From Centroscyllium fabricii (Eukaryota), in contig JBNRSN020000002.1 of assembly GCA_051313645.2 (NCBI GenBank), forward strand, positions 74,462,001 to 74,526,000: 64,000 bases of DNA, in the 5' to 3' direction. Below the pieces are notes generated by a model. The model was not told the origin of the DNA and did not search any database. It saw nothing but the letters and a program-made list of their open reading frames with translations. A program made the translations under genes and the position numbers. This document shows positions 35,976-48,900 of this stretch, in pieces; within the stretch, counting starts at the first letter, position 1, and every line of letters begins with the position of its first letter.

Positions 35976-38617
35976 TTTTGACAGTATTCCAGTGTTTCTT
36001 GCTGCGCTTAGGAGTCCTCCGCCATATCAATGTCGCTCTCAGCAAGAGTTGCAAGCGGTAATTGGGTTCCTTTTACATTTTTACTATAAGTTTTATGAAA
36101 AAATACTTTGCAGTAAGTTACAATGAAATTTCATCAATGGCGTATAATCAAAAAACAAACATTTCTACAATTCAGGCAAAAAGGTGTAACTGAAGCATTG
36201 CCTTTAGCACTATAACAGGACCATGTAATAACGGACTTCACTGTTGATGGCTTATATTTCATAATAAGACTGGCATTGGTATGAAATAAAAACTGCAGTT
36301 GTGAAGGGTCACAGATAAAACATTAAGCAGCCGTTCTCTTTCCGATGCTGCCTGATCTGTTCTGCACATTCGGTTTTTATTTCACGATCACAAGGCCAGT
36401 TAGATTTAATCTTGGATCTCTCCATTCAGTTGCTAAATAGTTGCAACTATTAAAAGCACATTAGGTAAAACAACAGGAGCACCCAAAATGTCATACTCAC
36501 TATTAGGACAGGATTCAGATAAAGCCATACTGGCACATCAGCATGTATTGAGAATAAACACATAATATTCAAGGGTATATACAGTAATCATGTAGTTTAT
36601 AAACACACACACACACACGTATATATATCTCAACGATAACAAAATACTGCAGATGCTGGAAATCCAAAGCAACAACTGAAAATGCTGGGTAAAACTCAGC
36701 AGTTCAGGCAGCATCGGTGGAGAGAAACACAGTCAACGTTTCGGGTAGTTCCCTTTTTTCACGTATATATCTCATTCATTTTGACCTAAATATTATAGGG
36801 GTTAGAGAATATAGATATAACTAAATATATTTCACTTAGCAGCCTCTCCTCCCCTTGACATTTTCACTTGAACAATCCTATCATCAGGATATCTTTTAAA
36901 ACTCAAATTATGTTCCCTGATGGTTGAGTGAATAAATATACCATGTTGTGATAGTGACAGGATATCTGCCTCCCATCCCACCACTTGCTAATATGTGCTG
37001 TTGAAGAATGCCTGATAGCTGTGGAGCTGTACCCAATGTAAGCTGGCACCTTCAGGAGAGGGGCTGGGCGGGGCGGGAGGGGGCGGGTGGTGGGGGAAAG
37101 GTTATAAACAATTAACGTCAACATGGTTTCGTTTTCAGTCAATTTTTGACGTCATCGGCTTTACTGAAGCTGACTGTACGGGAGCTGAAACAACATTAGT
37201 AGAAACTTGGACAAACTGCGGAATGATTCGGTGTCAACTGTGTGAGTGCTGATGCAGTATCAGGCTCAGCAGCCCTTCCCTGCCAATACTCTCCAGTAAT
37301 GTTACCAGCATTTACCTCGACAACAAACGTCCTTGAGATATTGGCTAAGATGGATTTTAAAAAAAGGTCGTTAAACGCTGACCATAACCTTTTCTGTTCA
37401 ATTTTGTAACATGGCTTCAAAGGTGGATTATTTTTTTAATACTTCATGCTGGTACAGGTGTATGATTAAATCACATCGTTGCAGCCAAAACAAAAGTCAG
37501 TCAACTGACCTAGCACAAACAATGCAACCATGAAAATAACCATTTATAATAAAGGCCATTCACAGAGCTCTGTCCTTTTTTTAACTGTAAGATTGAAAAT
37601 CGGAGGGAAACGCGTACATTTTTACTGCTGTAATTTAATTGTGGCAAAACACAAGACATATCACAGAAATAACAACAGAAAACGCTGAGAAAACTCAGCA
37701 GGCCAGGCGTTTTGTGTTGTTATTTTGGATTTCCAGCATCCGCAGTATTTTGCTAACATATCACAAAGATATTCTCTTGCGATCGTATACGACATAGTGT
37801 TGAAGTTCCCATCCCAACTGAAATAAGACCGATGACACGAAAAAACACGAGAGTGGAGAACACATGACAAAGTTGCCTCACCCTCTGGACATAAACTCAC
37901 TGTTTTAAAAAAGAAAGAACCAAGAATTTCATTCAAAAGTTGCCACAATAAAAAAAGGCTACTTGGGAGGTGAAAGAAATAAAATAAAACAACAATCTAA
38001 CACTGACAGGTAGTTCACAGCGTCATACTCAATGTCATAGTGGTACATGGCACACAAAGTGTTCTTTTAATTAAAGGACTGGAGTTGTGTTATTCACAAT
38101 CTTAGTATAGTTTTGAAATAAATACAAGTGCAACTGCAATGGAAAGCGTCTGGCAAGAAAACAATGTTTTGTAAAAGCTAGTAAATTCCCATCAATTAAT
38201 GGATACGCACATAATTATATCACATGCCACTGATACGATGTGACAGCCAACGCTTGATCATTTGTCAGGAAGAATAGTGCAAAACTAATGTTTTCACCCA
38301 GCAGGGTGTTCATGTTATCTCACATTTCTGTCAAAAGTACACATATAACGAGAAGACTGAGGAGTTGCAGACTATGCACCTAGAGCTAGAAATGGAAAGC
38401 AAATCAACAGGAAAACCTTCCACTTGCCGCTTTATGGCTCAGGTGGTATTGAGGCTGTGCCTTTTTTTTTGCATTGATGGTCTTGAAATACTGAAGGATT
38501 TTTAACCGTGGGAAACAATTGCCATTTTACAAAATATTCAGACATTTTTTTTTATACTTCCCCCTCTAACAATGTTGTTAATGATTTGATTTACACCTGA
38601 ATTACTGAATCCACGCC

Positions 38618-38708
38618 TTTATTTAGGATTGTAACACAGAGAGCTCAAGTACAGAATTACATTTATTTAGGATTGTAACACAGAGAGCTCAAGTACAGAA
38701 TTACATTT
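38618..38708. repeat. Perfect 44-bp tandem duplication
   Basis: TTTATTTAGGATTGTAACACAGAGAGCTCAAGTACAGAATTACA x2. Confidence 0.95.
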
Positions 38709-39644
38709 GACCAGCTTGCCTTTATTTTTCTTCAACAAAGGGAAAAAACCAGAACCTTTTCAACTCGTGTGAAAGGATGGATTTCCTGAGACAAAACTTT
38801 CTTTTGTACGTCCGAATAGTGTAAAATGTGATGAACAGAGATTATATATTACATATACATGTACAGGTATTAAAAAATGATCAGCATTAATCTGAACTCC
38901 CTTGCCACTCTTTGCATGGTTGTGAAAATTATTCTACCAGCTACTTGTAAAGGAAATACACAAACAGGACTTTTCTGAAGATGGTTTTCCAATATGAGAT
39001 ATCTCTTCATACCATGAAAGCTTCAACAGCTTGTTTCAAAATGAAATGTCCGACTTAATTATACTTCAATTCAGTTCACATTATGTAAGATGTTCTTTTC
39101 TTTCTTTGAGAAGTAAGAAATAGGCAGCACACAGGTGGTGGCTTGGTAATCGCTCCCGTAAAGTGCCTCGAGACGTTTTATTACATTAACGATGCTATAT
39201 AAACGGAAGTGGTTGTTAGTGAACCAACACTTTGCAGCAGGTTAGCGTTGTCACAGGTGAGATTCTCATAGCAGTGAGTTTGTAATCTCAGCGACATCAC
39301 TGCGGAGAGAAAGCTTAGTAGAGCCTGCCAGAAGGGACAGAAAGACAGAGCTACTCGTATCTTCTCGTTGCCACTTGTCTTTATAAATACAAGACGAAGC
39401 TAAAATTCTTCTTAACAGGCTACAAGCCATCCAACACGATCAACATATTATTTCACATTTGTCACCCATTTTCTTGCTTTGCTGCTTGAGCCAAATAAAT
39501 GCTGCAGTAAAAAAAAATGTACTTTGAAAAATGGCAAATAAAATTTCTACAGTATTAGCAAATGGCACTTTAAAAATGATGACGTACAATTCCAGTACTG
39601 CATACGCAACAGTGCACTGCAAATACAGCTATGTCGTATCATCA

Positions 39645-40830
39645 GCTGAGTGTCAACTTGCCTCTGGGTCAGAAGGTCATGGGTTCAAGCCATACTTCAG
39701 AGCCTTAAGTACACAGTTTAGGCTGATACTTCCATGCAGTATTGAGAGAGTGCTGCACTGTCAGAGGTGCCATCTTTCAGATGAGACATTGGCTCAGAAA
39801 TTCGGGTCCCAACGCGTGAGTACAGACGGGGTACTCACACATAGGCCCAAAGTGCCGGTTTTGTGCATGCACAGCGCATGCGTGCGAAACCGGCACTTCT
39901 GATCCCGAAAGAAGCGATCAGGGGTCGGAACGCGTGCGCGGGAGCGGCAGTGCGTGCGCAATGCACTTCCGATTTTTTTACAGGTTCTATGTCCGGGTAA
40001 GTATGGAAAAAGTTACGGCTGCTTTTTTAATGTGCAAAGACTGGTTTTAACAAGGTAAGTGGTGAACTGATTCTGTCTAAAACATTTTTTCCCCCACAGG
40101 TTTTTAATTTTTAAATACTTTGAGGAAAGGTAAGTTAATTTTTAGCCCCGTTCAAAACTGTAATTAATATTTTCACAAATTTAAATTATTGTTTAAAAGT
40201 TATTTAATGTTATTGATAGTTATTTAAAAAAATGTGATTAAAAAAAAAATTATTTGAAGATTTAGTGATGTTTTGGGGCTTGTAGTTTTCATACCTTTGA
40301 CAGCGCTTCCTGTCAAACTTATGAATGGAGCATTCTGTGCTCTGATTGGCTCTCCGTGGCCCACGTGATCCCTCGCCCTATCTTCGCCGCTGGGATACGT
40401 GAGCATGGCGCGCCGGCAGTTGAGGAAGGTCCCGCATCGGAATTCCATGCGGGCCTACAGCTCAGCAGCCGGCGCGATAGGTAAGTGCAGGTTGGAGACT
40501 TGCACACGCGGGAAGCCTCCAACCCGAATTTCTGGGCCATAAAACCAAGGCCCTATCTGCAATCTCAAGCAGACGTTAAAGATCCCATGGCACTATTTGA
40601 AGAACAGCAGGGGGGGTTCTCCTGGTGTTCTGATCAACATTTATCCATCAAGCGACACTGCTAAAACAGATTATCGAGTCTTTTATCTCATTACTGCTTG
40701 TGGGACCTGGGCTGCCTTGATTCCGACAACAGTAACTACAGCTCAAAAATACTTCATTGTTTGTGAAGCATTTTGAGTCATCCTGAGCCACATGAATGGT
40801 GCTACATAAAGAAGAAAAGTTTATATTCTT
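39645..40830 (+). mobile_element. Deu-domain SINE (SacSINE1/AmnSINE1-related), split by a MITE
   Basis: tRNA-like head, then CTGCACTGTCAGAGGTGCCATCTTTCAGATGAGAC..TAAAGATCCCATGGCACTATTTGAAGA, then an L2-like tail. Confidence 0.75.
39791..40538. mobile_element. Harbinger-type MITE
   Basis: TIR GGCTCAGAAATTCGGGT / ACCCGAATTTCTGGGCC, flanks ATT/ATA. Sister of 59366-60116. Confidence 0.88.
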
Positions 40831-41139
40831 CCTTTCTTAGTGTTACAGAGTCTTTTCAAATTGGCTAAAAATAGCAGCCCTACTGTATTAACATTTTCAA
40901 AACTGACTACTCAGTTTGTGGTTCAAATGAAACCCGCCTCAATGAACTTGTGTGAAACAATCACCATATTAGGGGAACTGGTTCATCAGAACATTCACAC
41001 ATCCGAACTGCTGCAAAAAGAGAGTTGCCACATTCCTAGCTTTCCATATTCTTGTGTATTTTTATGTTTTAAAATCGCAGCTCAAAGGCAGTCTGGGATA
41101 AGATACTGGATTGATTGCAGCACTCAAACACCAAATCAT

Positions 41140-41378
41140 TCAATTCAATTCAATTCAATTCAATTCAATTTTATTGTCATTGCAGAGTACTAGTACAATA
41201 CAACGAGACGAAGACTCGACTCTCCCGAGAGTAGTGCAAACAAAATAAATAAATTCCATGAAAATTGCATACAGTAAAGTTCATTATCAGGCGTGCAGGT
41301 ACCGGAGTTTCTTTTTAGAGTTCAGGAGGCTGACAGCCCTGGGGAAGAAGCTGTTCTGAAATCTAGTTGTGCGGGTGC
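41140..41378 (-). mobile_element. Rex1 3' end
   Basis: Closely matches 19853-20065. (TTGAA)n tail. Confidence 0.85.
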
Positions 41379-41630
41379 ATCATTGCACAAAATGTCTGTT
41401 TCACAGGCTGACTGCAGCAAAGTCAAATATCCAGTGGCAGGAGTGGAATAAATGCACTGAATAGTAAAACGGTGTTACTTGGCTCAGTGGGAGCACTCTT
41501 GCCTCGGAGTCAGAAGCAAGTAGTATCAAGCCCCACTCCAGAACTTGAGCACATAATCTTGGCTGACACTCCAGTGCAGTACTGGGTTAGTGATGCACTG
41601 TTGCAGGTGCCGTCTTTTGGAGAAGATAAA

Positions 41631-42235
41631 CCAAAAAAAGAGGTGGTTCCGGTTCCGGCTGGAGCGGTCGTCATGAAGGCGAGCGGGTGCGTGTCGGAAT
41701 GGGTGAAACGTCAATCCGCCGCCATCCGCCCACGAGAGACGCCGGGAGTGAGCCCGGTCGGACGGCGGAGCTGGAGGGGTGCGGCATGTCGCTGGATCAG
41801 GCCCTCTTACTACAGTAAGGGAGCAGAATGTGGGTGAAAGTTGGCCCGACGAATCGGAAAAAAAGATGGCCGCCGGGAGTGGGCTGGGAATTTGAGCGGG
41901 CCCCGGGCCATCGCTCCCGCTATCGGAGCTTTACATCTGTGCCGATGAGTTCGGCGAGTCGGGCGGAGACAACGAAGCAGCTGAAGTGGCAGCGGCGGGG
42001 TGAACGGAGCGGCGGAAGAACATCGAACTTTGAGAGCAGGAGAAGCCGGAGCAGTGCGAGAACGGGACCCATGATGAGGGTGCCGAATATGGCTGCCGTC
42101 TTGCGGGATCCGTACGTGCCCGGCAGCTTAGTGTCCTTTGTTGCACGGTGCATTCGGCTCGTAAAGAAAGCATTTCACTGTCTAGATTGCACCCGTTGTA
42201 TTTTAGTACATGTGACAAATAAAATAGAATAGAAT
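41631..42235 (+). mobile_element. CpG-rich retroposed insert with Rex1/RSg-1-like 3' tail
   Basis: Tail AAGCATTTCACTG..CACCCGTTGTATT..CATGTGACAAATAAAA(TAGAA)n, candidate TSD TAAA. Body unidentified. Confidence 0.6.
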
Positions 42236-42349
42236 TAAATTTAGGTCCTGTCTGCCCTCTCAGGTGAACGTAAAAAATCCCATGGCACTATTTGAAGAAG
42301 AGCAGAGTAGTTCTTCCATTGTCCCAGCCAACATTTATCCCTCAACCAA

Positions 42350-43440
42350 CATGACTTGGCCTCTAGCCAAGCTGTTCCAGTACAGCTACAACACTGGCAG
42401 CTACCCAACAATGTGGAAAACTGCACAGGTATGTCCTGTCCACAAAAATCAGAACAAATCCAATCCGGCCAATTACCGCCCCATCAGTCTACTCTCAATC
42501 ATCAGTAACGTGATGGAAGGTGTCGTCAACGGTGCTTTCAAGCGGCATTTACTCAGCAATAACCAGAGGTGGGAATGTTCACTGATGATTGCACAGTGTT
42601 CAGTTCCATTTGCAACTCCTCACGTCATGAAACAATCCCACATGTAGCAAGACCTGAACAACATCCAGGCTTGGCTTATAAGTGGTAAGTAACATTCATG
42701 CCACACAAGTGCCAGACAATGACTACCTCCAACAAGCGACAGTCTAACCACCTCCCCATGACATTCAATGGCATTACCATCACTGAATCCCCCACCATCA
42801 ATATCCTCGAGGTTAAGAAACTTAACTGGACCAGCCACATAAATACTGTAGCTACAAGAGCAGGTCAGAGGCTGGGCATTCTGTAGCGAGTGGCTCATCT
42901 CCTGACTTCCCAAAGCCTTTCCACAATCTACAAGGCACAAGTCAGGAGTGTGATGTGTGCAGCTCCATCAACACTCAAGAAGCTTGACACCATCCAGGAC
43001 AAAACAGCCCACTTGATTGGCACCCCATCCACCACCTTAAACATTCACTCCCTGCACAACTGGCACACCGTGGCTGCAGTGTGTACCATCTACAAGATGC
43101 ACTGCAGCAACTCGCTACAGCTTCTTTGGCAGCACCTCCCAAACCCGCACCCTCTACCACCTAGAAGGACAAGGGCAGCAGGTGCATGGGAACACCACCA
43201 CCTCCAAGTTCCCCTCCAGGTTACACACCATCCTGGCTTGGAAATATATTGCTGTTCCTTCATCATCGCTGGGTCAAAATCCTGGAACTGCCTCCTAACA
43301 GCACTGTGGGAGTACCTTCACCACAAAGATTGCAGTGGTTCAAGAAAGCGACTCACCACCACCTTCTCAAGGGCAACTAGGGATGGACAATAAATGCTGG
43401 CCTTGCCAGCGACGCCCACATCCCAGGAACGAATAAAAAC
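42350..43440 (+). mobile_element. CR1 family-2 LINE (deleted RT to 3' end)
   Basis: WKTAQVCPVHKNQNKSNPANYRPISLLSIISNVME; LSTIYKAQVRSVM..LKKLDTIQDK. Confidence 0.9.
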
Positions 43441-43889
43441 AAGTTACGATAATTGGTCATTTATCTCATTGCTGTTTGTGGGACCTTGTTGTGTGCAAAT
43501 TGGCTGCTGTATAACCACACTTCAAGGTAGTTAATTGGTTGTGAAATGCTTTGGTATATCCTGAGGTCAATTCAATTCAAGTGCTTTCTTTCTTAAAGTG
43601 GCACCAGTAACATTCTTGATGATACTGATGATATAAATTTCAATTTTAAATAATAATGATGGGTGGGAAAGTCTAAAATCAAATGACTATCTCAAAGTTT
43701 CAACGACGGTGCCATGCTCTGATTTAGAATCCTAAACTTGCATTAGACTTGTGACTCAGTCCTCTGCTCAACCATATGTTATTTTTCTTACAATGGAGTG
43801 AGGTCCTTCTCCTTAAGACACTGCCTCTTGCTGGGGTAACATTTCACCACTGCTGGCCATCCATATCTCACTGACGTCTATGAACCTAG

Positions 43890-44870
43890 TCAACAACAAC
43901 AACTTGCATTTATAGAAACATAGAAGATAGGAGCAGGAGTAGGCCATTCGGCCCTTCGAGCCTGCTCCGCCATTCAATGAGATCATGGCTGATCATCCAA
44001 ACTCAGTACCCTGTCCCTGCCTTGTCCCCATGTCCCTCGATCCCTATCGAGCCTGCACCGACACATATCCCACCCTATTCCCGTAACCCCACATATTCAA
44101 TCCCCCTAACACTAAGGGTCAATTTATCATGGCCAATCAACCTAACCCGCACATCTTTGGACTGTGGGAGGAAACCGGAGCACCCGGAGGAAACCCACGC
44201 AGACATGGGGAGAATGTGCAAACTCCACACAGATAGTACCCGAGGCTGGATTTGAACCCGGGTCTCTAGTGCTGTAAGGCAACAGTGCTAACCACTATGT
44301 CACCGTGCCGCCCCTATATAGCACTTTTAACATACAAAAATGTCCCAAGGTGCTTCAGACAAAAATGGACACTGAGCCAAAAGCTTGGTCAAAAAGGTAG
44401 ATTTTAAGGAGAGTCTTAAAGGAGGACAGAGAAGTGGAGAGGCGGAGAAGTTTAGGGGCAGGAATTCTAGAGCTTAGGGCCTAGACGGCTGAGGTACAGC
44501 CAGCAATGGTAGGGCGAAGGGAGAGGAGGATGCAACAAGAGTTGGAGGAATGCAGAGTTCTCAGAGGGTTGTGGGGCAAGAAGAGGTTACATAGATTGGG
44601 AGAGGTGCAGTCATGAGGGGACTTGAACATGAAGGTGATAATTTGATATCTAAGTTGTTGAGGGACCAGAAGTCAATCTAGATCACTGAACACAGGGATG
44701 ATGGGTGAGTGGGACTTGGTGCAGTTGAGAGTATGGGCAGCAAGGATTTTGGATGAGCTGCATTTCTCGAGGGTGGAGGGTGGGAGGGCCAGCCAGGAGA
44801 GCATTGGAATAATCGAGTCTGGAGGGGATGAAGGCATGGATGAGAGTTTCAGCTGATGAGCTGAGGTAGA
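43890..44870 (-). mobile_element. L2 LINE 3' fragment, split by an HE1 SINE
   Basis: Colinear with the L2 at 3013-4345. Confidence 0.8.
43912..44313 (-). mobile_element. HE1-type V-SINE
   Basis: Near-identical reverse complement of 5352-5737. Confidence 0.92.
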
Positions 44871-45029
44871 TGAACTGAGCTAAGAGCCTTCAATATCTTG
44901 GTTGTTACTGAAAGATTTCAGTACAGGAGAAGCTGGTTAATATTAATTTTAAAAAATTGAACCAAGGTGAAAGGTTAAAGTTCAGATCACCATCAAGGTT
45001 AAGAAACGGGGTGGGGGGGAGACAAAGGG

Positions 45030-45932
45030 GTGCAACAAGTATGGCAGTGTCAGTTGCAAAGAGGATGTGAAGAGGGTTCAAGGGGATCTCAACAGGCTCA
45101 GTGTGTGGGCGAGAACATGGCAGATGGAATTTAACGTGAATAAATGTGAAGTTAAAAAACAGAAAGGCAGAGTATTTCGTAAATGGTGAAAGATTGGGGA
45201 ATGCAGATGCTCAAAGGGACCTGGGTGTCCTTGTACATGAGTCACTGAAAGTGAATGTGCAGATGCAGGTGTAGCAAGCCATAAGGAAGGCAAATGGTAT
45301 GCTGGCCTTCATTACAAGAGGATTTGAGTACAGGAGTAAAGAAGTCTTACTCCAATTGTATAGGGCCTTGGTGAGATCACACCTGGAGTACTGTGTACAA
45401 TTTTGGTCTCCTTACCTAAGGAAGGATATACTTGCCATAGAGGGAGTGCAATGAAGGTTCACAAGATTGATTCCTGGGATGGCGGGACTGTCGTATGAGA
45501 TGAGATTGAGTAAACTAGGCCTGTATTCTCTTGAATTCAGAAGAATGAGAGGGGATCTCATTGAAGCATACAAAATTATTACAGGGTTTGATAGGATGGA
45601 TGCTGGGAGAATGTTTCCCTTGGCTGGGGAATCTAGAACCAGGGGCCACAGCCTCAAGATAAAGGGTAGGCCATTCAGGGCTGAGATGAGAAGAAATTTC
45701 TTCACACAGAGGGTGGTGAATCTTTGGAATTCTCTACCCTAGAGGGCTGTGGAGGCTCGGTCATTGGATATATTCAAAACAGATGTCGATAGATTTCTGA
45801 CTAGTAAGGGCATCAAGGGATATGGCGATAGGGCCGGTGAATGGAGTTGAGGCAGAAGATCAGCCATGATCTCATTGAATGGTGGAGCAGGCTCGAAGGG
45901 CCGAACAGCCTACTCCTGCTCCTATTTCTTAT
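45030..45932 (+). mobile_element. CR1/HER1 LINE 3' fragment
   Basis: IPGMAGLSYEMRLSKLGLYSLEFRRMRGDLIEAYKII..FFTQRVVNLWNSLP plus tail. Confidence 0.93.
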
Positions 45933-48900
45933 GTAAATAGGTGCTGATTAGCTGACGGCTAGTTTGGACTTTAAAAGTCTGTAGACTCCTGTAGGATAGG
46001 AGGAGAAAGAACGTGAATGATGGTGTATTTAGAACTCATAAGGAGCAAGAGAAGGAGGGTCAAAGGAGTAATGGCCATAGTACTTCAAAATAAAAACAGG
46101 AATGTTTTGCACTGGATTACTGGTCTACCTGAACAACTGTAACAGCAAGAAGGGGTCTTATTTTAATGTGTCATCTGAAGGACACACATTTGACAATGCA
46201 ACACACTAGCCTAGATTATGTGCTCACGTCCTGGAGAGGGGCTTGAACCCACAACTGTCTGAACCATACCATCCATGAAGACTCCCACATGCTTAGGTTA
46301 CAGCTAGCACAATGGCCTAACCTAATGGATAGCCTAGTTGAAAAAGATCCCAAGCACTCCGCGCACTGACGCATCACATCAGGCTCTTAAAGTTTCAATC
46401 AACCATTCTTATATAAATGTTTTTAATAATGGTAAAATATGAAAAATAAAATACCTTTTATTTGGAAGGTTTGTAAGTTATGGAAATTGGAGCTTTTTAT
46501 TTTAGACTTCATTCTTTTGAAGCTTGAGATTTGATCTTATAAAATCTGAGCAGAAATAAACCAAAATGGATATAGGCCTTTGAACTGTTCCATTGTCATT
46601 ATTATGTCTAGGGTCAAAAAGATTTCTTTGTTTTTATTTAATGTATTGAACCCGAGGCAAGTAATGTAGGACACCACCAATGTTGGAAAGAGTAGAAGAG
46701 TGGAGGAAATAAGAACTAAGTAGCAGTGATTAGATGAAGTCCAGTTTGAGTTTTAAAAGTTTACAGATTGTAGGAGGATGGGCAGGCCGAGGGAGGTAGG
46801 TACCAGGAAAGAATGAGTCAAGATTTCAACATAGTGAGAATGCAGGGAGGAGGAAGAATGTGTAGAGTGGCTTACTTAGAGCAAGAACAAGGAACAAGAT
46901 GGTTCAGTTACTTTGAAAATCTACTCAATTTTGTAGTGGTTTGTCTGCAACCATTATACACAAGTGGGGGTATATTGTTAATGCTTTAATGTCTTAAGAG
47001 ACATTAGCCTTTCGCATTGAACACAAACATGATACACGCACCATGACTAAAACACATGTCACATCATGACAGGAACCAGCATGTTATCAGTGTCTTTTTT
47101 TGTTTTGCAGTGTGATACTACGTTACTGTCTTGTAGATACTGTACTTAAGATGATTCTCCATTAAGCACTTAGAACTTGACAAGAACATTACTTAATAAT
47201 GCTTTTTGAGTTTTACAATTCACTACACTGCAATGAGATTTGCTTTGGCAAAATACAGTTGACATAATCATGATCATGTTGTGGAAAAATAAGAGACTTG
47301 CAGAAGGAGCTTTTGTTGAATAACTGGAGTCTGACTGGTCCCTGATTCTGCTCCACCCCTCCCCCCTCCACCCATCCCCAGAGTGCTGCTTATGCCACAT
47401 CAGCTCAGATTTAGTTTTCATTAGCTTTCATTTCTTCTGGGTATAGGAAATGTTCATGTACTGATCTATCACTAAAACAATAAAACTGGCTTTAAGAGAG
47501 AGAGAGAAAAATACATTTTCATTCTAGGCAACACAGTAAAATTATGATAAACTTTATAAACAAACAACTAGGGGGAAACTTTTTGGCTATTTTTTGTGGG
47601 CTCACTACCGGGAGATCGATTTTGTGTTTGCATTTATTCGATCTTGTTCGGGCTGACAGAGAAACAATTAAACGTTGAAATCAATTAAAATGTTTCGGGA
47701 CAAGTCTTAAGTTTTCTTACTCATCAATTATTACATAGTTCAGAAGTGCTGGATACACACATATAATTTATACATAAAAATTATTTCTACTAAGTACATT
47801 AACAATGATGCACTGGAAGACACTAAAAAAGAGATTTATTTTGTGATGCTACTGTCATAACATTGATTTCAGGACAGTCCACTTTAAGCATAGAATAATG
47901 CTTTTGAGAAATTCGAAAATTAAGCATTGCTTGACGATGTGAGGTGAAATGTGAATTTAATTCATTTTTTACACCACTTCATTATCAGTCCCAGAGCACT
48001 GTTTGTGTGCGTGGACTTATATATAGGGGGAGGGAGAGAAATATTTCTACTTATCCTAGAGTTCAACCATTTTATATATTTTTTTGAAATGTCCGGTAAA
48101 GTATTTTTGAAATAGGCATGTATTAATTCTACAACTTTCTTTTTAGAGCATTAAATATTATGAAGTCCAATTCAAAAGGTTATGACTGCTGATACATGTA
48201 ATAACATGATCCAAGTTACTAACATTCAATTCAGATTTTTTTTAAAATAATATTGCCTAAGATATACAGGCACATAATCATACACCCACACACACAAATA
48301 ACTTGTAGTTTTCTATGAGTAGATGAGCAAAATTTACATTTGAAAAATAACTGGAGTTTGAGGGATAACTCGAGCTCAATTTAAATTCTAAAAAAAAAAT
48401 GAGTACCTACTTTCCAAAATGCTGCACCTGCAATTTTTTATACGTTAAAAAATGTAAAAATGGCAGTTAGACGTTCAACTGCAGTTTAAAAGTTATACTT
48501 TAATGAAATGATCGACGAGGGTTTTGTTTTTGTAACTACAGTATTGCTTAGATACATTAATCTCTGAACTGGTATAAAGATGTCAAGCCATATACAGCAA
48601 CAATAATAGCAGTCACACCAAAGCACTTGAGTAGCATACATTTTAAAATTTGATACTCGCATTAAGGCTTAAAACCCCAGGTAACAATGACACATTTCAA
48701 ACTACATGCATCATTTTCTGATTACAACATAATTGAATCAGTGCAAATTCAACACTTTACACATTTTGAACGATGCACAGATACCAAATGCTGACTGAAA
48801 GGGGTGAAGGAAGCAGAAAATGGTTCTGTTGGTAACATAGGTCATCTTGCAAGTCACTTCAACAAAAACCTCAAGCCTATTTAAGAGTTTCCTCTTGCAA

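Larger units (their letters stand above)
41478..43590 (+). mobile_element. Deu-domain SINE split in three by two insertions (pieces about 41478-41630, 42240-42345, 43445-43590)
   Basis: Pieces join colinearly with the 39645 copy. Confidence 0.7.

Noticed and set aside
37882-37931. Orthologue of the human TCF4-H first exon (MKF..KQ similarity)
   Set aside because: The ATG frame MKFLVLSFLKQ* stops before the donor, and similarity to the recalled human peptide is too weak.
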